Positions 60,156 to 64,000 of a stretch of 64,000 nucleotides of DNA are shown one piece after another. Made by a program: the position numbers and the translations under genes. The notes beneath the pieces are model-generated. The model was not told the DNA's origin. It ran no database searches and saw only the letters and a program-made list of their open reading frames with translations. This stretch comes from a virus. Numbering within the stretch: the stretch's first letter is position 1; each line of letters starts with the position of its first letter. The DNA lies in the IMG/VR virus record IMGVR_UViG_3300033144_003548. One strand, written 5' to 3'.

Positions 60156-60911
60156 ATGGCGGATAGACCTATCTTCAAGGGTGCTATTTCGTTGGGTTCG
60201 TTCCTTATCCCAATGAGAATAGTGAAAGCCACAAAGGAGCACGATGTCAAATTCCACGAATATCACGCAACGGATTTGGGTCGGGTTGGCAGGTCAAAAC
60301 CTTGTAAGTCCTGCGGCAACATTCTGACCGAAGCAGACATCATCAAGGGTGTGGAAATTACCAAAGGCAACGTGATTTCCTTTACCAAAGAGGAACTGGA
60401 AAATCTCCCCATCAAGTCGGCTAAGACAATCGAGATAGACCGCTTCGTTAAAGCTGACGAACTCAGTCCTTTGATGATGGAAGATGCCTACTACGTTCTT
60501 CCAGAGGAAATCGGGGTCAAGGCATTTGAACTTTTTGTCAAGGGTCTGAAAAAGCAACGCAAGGTTGCTATCGGTAAAATCGTTATGAGGCAACGAGAGC
60601 ACATCTGTGCTATGCAGCCGATGGGTAGCGGACTTCTGCTTAATACGGTCTATTATGCAGATGAAATCAGGGATATGCCTCAAGTACCAAAGGCTCAGGT
60701 GGTAGATGATGAGGTAGAGCTTATCTGTCAAGTTATCAACAAATACACCAAGCCATTTGAGCACGGAGCATACACCGATGAATACACAGATGCGGTGCAA
60801 GCTCTGATTGATGCCAAGCTAAAGGGAGAGACACCTCCAGTAGCACCAACGGCTCAAGCTAAGGAAGCACCTAATCTGAAAGACGCCCTGACAGACCTAC
60901 TTAATAAATAA
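60156..60911 (+). CDS. ku: Ku DNA end-binding protein
   Basis: R.I.KGAIS.G...IP, DIIKG.E, IEIDRFV, YYV.P, VAIGKIVMRQRE, DE.R, D.Y, L.DAL. Confidence 0.92.
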   Translation: MADRPIFKGAISLGSFLIPMRIVKATKEHDVKFHEYHATDLGRVGRSKPCKSCGNILTEADIIKGVEITKGNVISFTKEELENLPIKSAKTIEIDRFVKADELSPLMMEDAYYVLPEEIGVKAFELFVKGLKKQRKVAIGKIVMRQREHICAMQPMGSGLLLNTVYYADEIRDMPQVPKAQVVDDEVELICQVINKYTKPFEHGAYTDEYTDAVQALIDAKLKGETPPVAPTAQAKEAPNLKDALTDLLNK

Positions 60912-61015
60912 GGGAGTTGCGGAGCAGGATGGCTAAGAATAAGGTCGGTAAGTATTAGTAATAATTTATCGGACACCTTGCTTGACCATCCTGCCCGACT
61001 CGGTAAGGAGTAATA

Positions 61016-63398
61016 ATGAAGGCTAAAACTTTGCTAAAGGGACTAGCACCACTGGTTGTATTGGGTGGAGCGATAGCACTCTCGGCACTTATCTTTATGG
61101 TACTGTGGAACGCTTTTCTTGTGCCTGCGGTTGGAGTTGCGGTTCTGTCCTTCTGGCTAGCGGTAAAGGGGTGGGCTTTTGTCTATTTCGTTACTGCTAT
61201 GGTGCTAGGGGCAAAGCAATTTGTGGACTTTTTACTATTTAATCTGACTATCCACGTTGCGAGAAGGCAGGCAGAAAAGGAAATGAGTGCTCACACCGAC
61301 CTGATGAAGCATTTCAGTATGTTTGGAGGGCAGGGCGAACAGAATGAACAGAATTAAGAATATTTACTACTCGGTATTTAACTTCTTTTGTCGCCCGAAC
61401 CTGTCGGGTCGGGTGCGTCTTGCTATCCTGAACGACCCGAACATCCAATTTGCCTTTATGATGTGCATAATGAGGGCATTAAATGTATGATGAAGATTTT
61501 AGCCTTTGTTTGAGTTGTGGATTTTGTGATGTGTGTGCCGAATTATCAGGTGGAGAACCTGTGGCATACGAATGTGACGCATACTCACCAAGAGAGGAAC
61601 AATGGGTAAACGTGGCAGACCACCAGGAACGGTCAAGACCAAAATCCCCACAGCCGTCATAAATGAGTGGGCTACCGTCTATAATGAGGGTGGAGATACT
61701 GGTAAGGCACTTGTTCTCGATAGAATTGATAGCTTAGGATTAGAGAAAGATGTAATCCTTGAGCGGATGTCTGTTGCCTACTACAAGAAACGTAGTCCAG
61801 AGTTGGCTAAGATAGTTGAAGCTGAAGTCGGTCAATTACTACATAATGTTAATGAGTTAATTCACAGCAATAAGGACTTTAAGAGACTATCAGAAATCTT
61901 GCCTCGTGATAACTTGATAATAAATCTAGAGACACTGGAAATCCAGAGAGTGAAGCGACCAGTGCCTCGGACAAAGGTAAAGAATGACAATAGAAGAAAT
62001 ACCAAAAATAAGCGATAGCCAAGTAATCCAGCAGAATAAGGATATGAGGCAGAGGATTTCTAGTGGGACTATCACTCAGTGGTTAGACGAGCAGTTACGT
62101 TCTCTTGCCAATTCTAATCCAATTCTGTATAAGTATATTATGGAACACAGCCAAAAATTTGCGATGGGTGCTATGATGGTGCAAGACCCACAATCTATAG
62201 CTATGTCACTTGCCCTTGAGCAAACGCTATTATTGACGTTGATTGGGGCAGCTTACAAAGGGAATAAAAATTTACAAGATTTTACTAATCTGATGAAGGA
62301 TTGGTTTGGCAACGGTGAAATTAAAGGTCTGGATGATTTAGGTGAGAAGAAATAATTACTGGAATTTGAGGCAGCGTAGATATACTTTTGTTCCTGTACC
62401 CGACTTTCCAGAGGAAGAAAAGAAGAAAAACCTTGCCAAGTTCGTAAAGAAACATCCAAGAGCGATGGAAATGCTTGAGGAAATTAAAGAGAGAATTCCC
62501 TGGCAACGACAATTCGTTGGTAGTTTACTTGTTCAGGTGGAGCAAAAAGGCGAATTATCACCGAAGCAGAGAAGCCTGATTACATCACTCTATGCTGATT
62601 GCTGTATCAAATCTGATGCAGATATTCGGGAACAAGTAGAGTGCAGAAAGTTATGCTTGAGGCTATTGGAAACTGAGTTGGGTAGAATGAGAGACTTCGT
62701 TCAAAGCGTGGCTAATTTCACTTATAACCGACCTTTCTCTCCGTTGCAGATGAGAAGCATTAGAAATATGGCAGAGAGGAAGAGGAAAGATTTAGAGCAT
62801 ATTCCAGACTTTAATGAGAAGAATTTTGATGGCTGGAATTTTGCTAGATGGTCTGAGGGAGACAATGTGGACAAGGTTGAAGAATAATATAGCAATCGTT
62901 CCGAAAGCATATGATGTGCGGGCAAATAATGTCTTGGTCTTAGAGACTAATAAACTCTACTTCTTTGTTCCTCTACAAGACCTTGAAGGCAGTCCTGTTG
63001 GCGACTACTGCGGTTCATCAGCTTTTACTGAGGATTATCATCCTCTAGCTGCCTTTGAAGCATATAAGGATACTGACAATAAGTATCACCAATTTATGAT
63101 TGTGGATGGTGAGAGGCGAGACGAGTGGTTGTGCTGTATCTGCAAACATAGATTTATGGGACTTACAGGTGGGTGCAAGTGGAAGCTAATTATGGATAAT
63201 GCTGATGAAAGACCCTGCTCGCCAGAGTTTGATAGGAAACCCGACCCACCTGTTTTGCAGGTAAAGGGTGGGATTTATGTGCCACCGAAATATTTCAATG
63301 CTAATTTCAGACGTTATTATCGGGATAGGGCTTTAGGTGATTATGATTTTAACGTTGATGTAGTGGATATGGTATTGAAGGTTCAGTCGCCAAAATGA
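61016..63398 (+). CDS. Hypothetical proteins (61016-61357 membrane; 61602-62018; 61984-62355; 62342-62887; ~62865-63398)
   Basis: ORF track, overlapping operon. Confidence 0.65.
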
Positions 63399-63403
63399 AA
63401 AAC

Positions 63404-63432
63404 TTGACAAATCAAGTAGGCTATGTTATAAT
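63404..63432 (+). promoter_or_regulatory. Early sigma-A promoter, GGC class
   Basis: TTGACAAATCAAGTAGGCTATGTTATAAT. Confidence 0.88.
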
Positions 63433-63460
63433 TATACTATACTGATAAAGGAGATTTCGG

Positions 63461-64000
63461 ATGGAAGATATTAGCCTGTTGGAGTTAATCCTTACTCAAT
63501 GTGTCGAGAAAAAGCTCACACCGTTGGTGTGGGGCAAGCACGGTATCGGTAAGTCGCAGATTATCCGTGCTATCTTTGAAAAACTCGGCTACGAGGTCAT
63601 TGACCTTCGTTTGGGTCAATTAGAGGTTGGTGACCTTATCGGTGTTCCCGCCCAAGAATATTACTGTCCCGTATGTGAAACGAAATTCGGGTTCAGCACC
63701 AGAGAGTCTTATTGCCCTATCTGTGCTCAAGAAAATAAGAAAATCCCTATATCTGGTAGGACTGTGTGGCTCGCTCCAAGCTGGTTTCCTCAGAATGGAG
63801 AGAAACGCCTCATATTCTTCGATGAGTTGAATAGAGGTAGGTTAGATGTCCAGCAGGCAACATTCCAGATTGTATTAGACCGCAGAATACACACCCATAA
63901 AATACCTGATAACTGCGGTATTGTTTGTGCCTGTAATCCTAGTGGTGGGGATTATTTTGTAGAAGAACTTGACCCTGCCCTGCTTGATAGGTTCGTGAAC
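63461..64000 (+). CDS. MoxR-like AAA+ ATPase with Zn-ribbon insert (partial)
   Basis: Own translation: GKHGIGKS, DLRL...GDLIGVP, CPVC..CPIC, FFDELNR, CNP, DPALLDRF. Confidence 0.88.
   Translation, partial: MEDISLLELILTQCVEKKLTPLVWGKHGIGKSQIIRAIFEKLGYEVIDLRLGQLEVGDLIGVPAQEYYCPVCETKFGFSTRESYCPICAQENKKIPISGRTVWLAPSWFPQNGEKRLIFFDELNRGRLDVQQATFQIVLDRRIHTHKIPDNCGIVCACNPSGGDYFVEELDPALLDRFVN

Noticed and set aside
1-64000. Stop-codon reassignment
   Set aside because: Known genes are intact and densely packed under the standard code; TAA, TAG and TGA all end genes

Overview
The window is a 64-kb interior segment of a large tailed phage genome (siphovirus-type morphogenesis: tube, G/GT chaperones, tape measure, no sheath seen), with no host genes and no CRISPR array. 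Left arm (1-42.6 kb, minus strand): tail fibre/baseplate, tape measure, tail tube, neck, capsid, scaffold, protease, portal and terminase. An eight-gene glycosyl/nucleotidyl/amino/methyl-transferase set is embedded in the head module. Upstream are class II RNR, dUTPase, ClpP, HNH and a complete phage tmRNA with an unusually long 40-codon tag. Right arm (42.9-64 kb, mostly plus strand): many small early genes with sigma-A type promoters, a GHKL ATPase, ATP-dependent ligase, Ku and an AAA ATPase. The most striking unexplained structure lies at the strand switch (42.6-47.9 kb). A 1.1-kb transcription unit there is completely devoid of GGC/GCC trinucleotides. It is flanked by GGC/GCC-saturated intergenic DNA (ten GGC-N6-GCC palindromes) and a cluster of dif-like sites, and every other early promoter carries GGC at a fixed position just upstream of the -10 box. 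All counts were done by eye and functional calls come from recognised motifs, not database searches.
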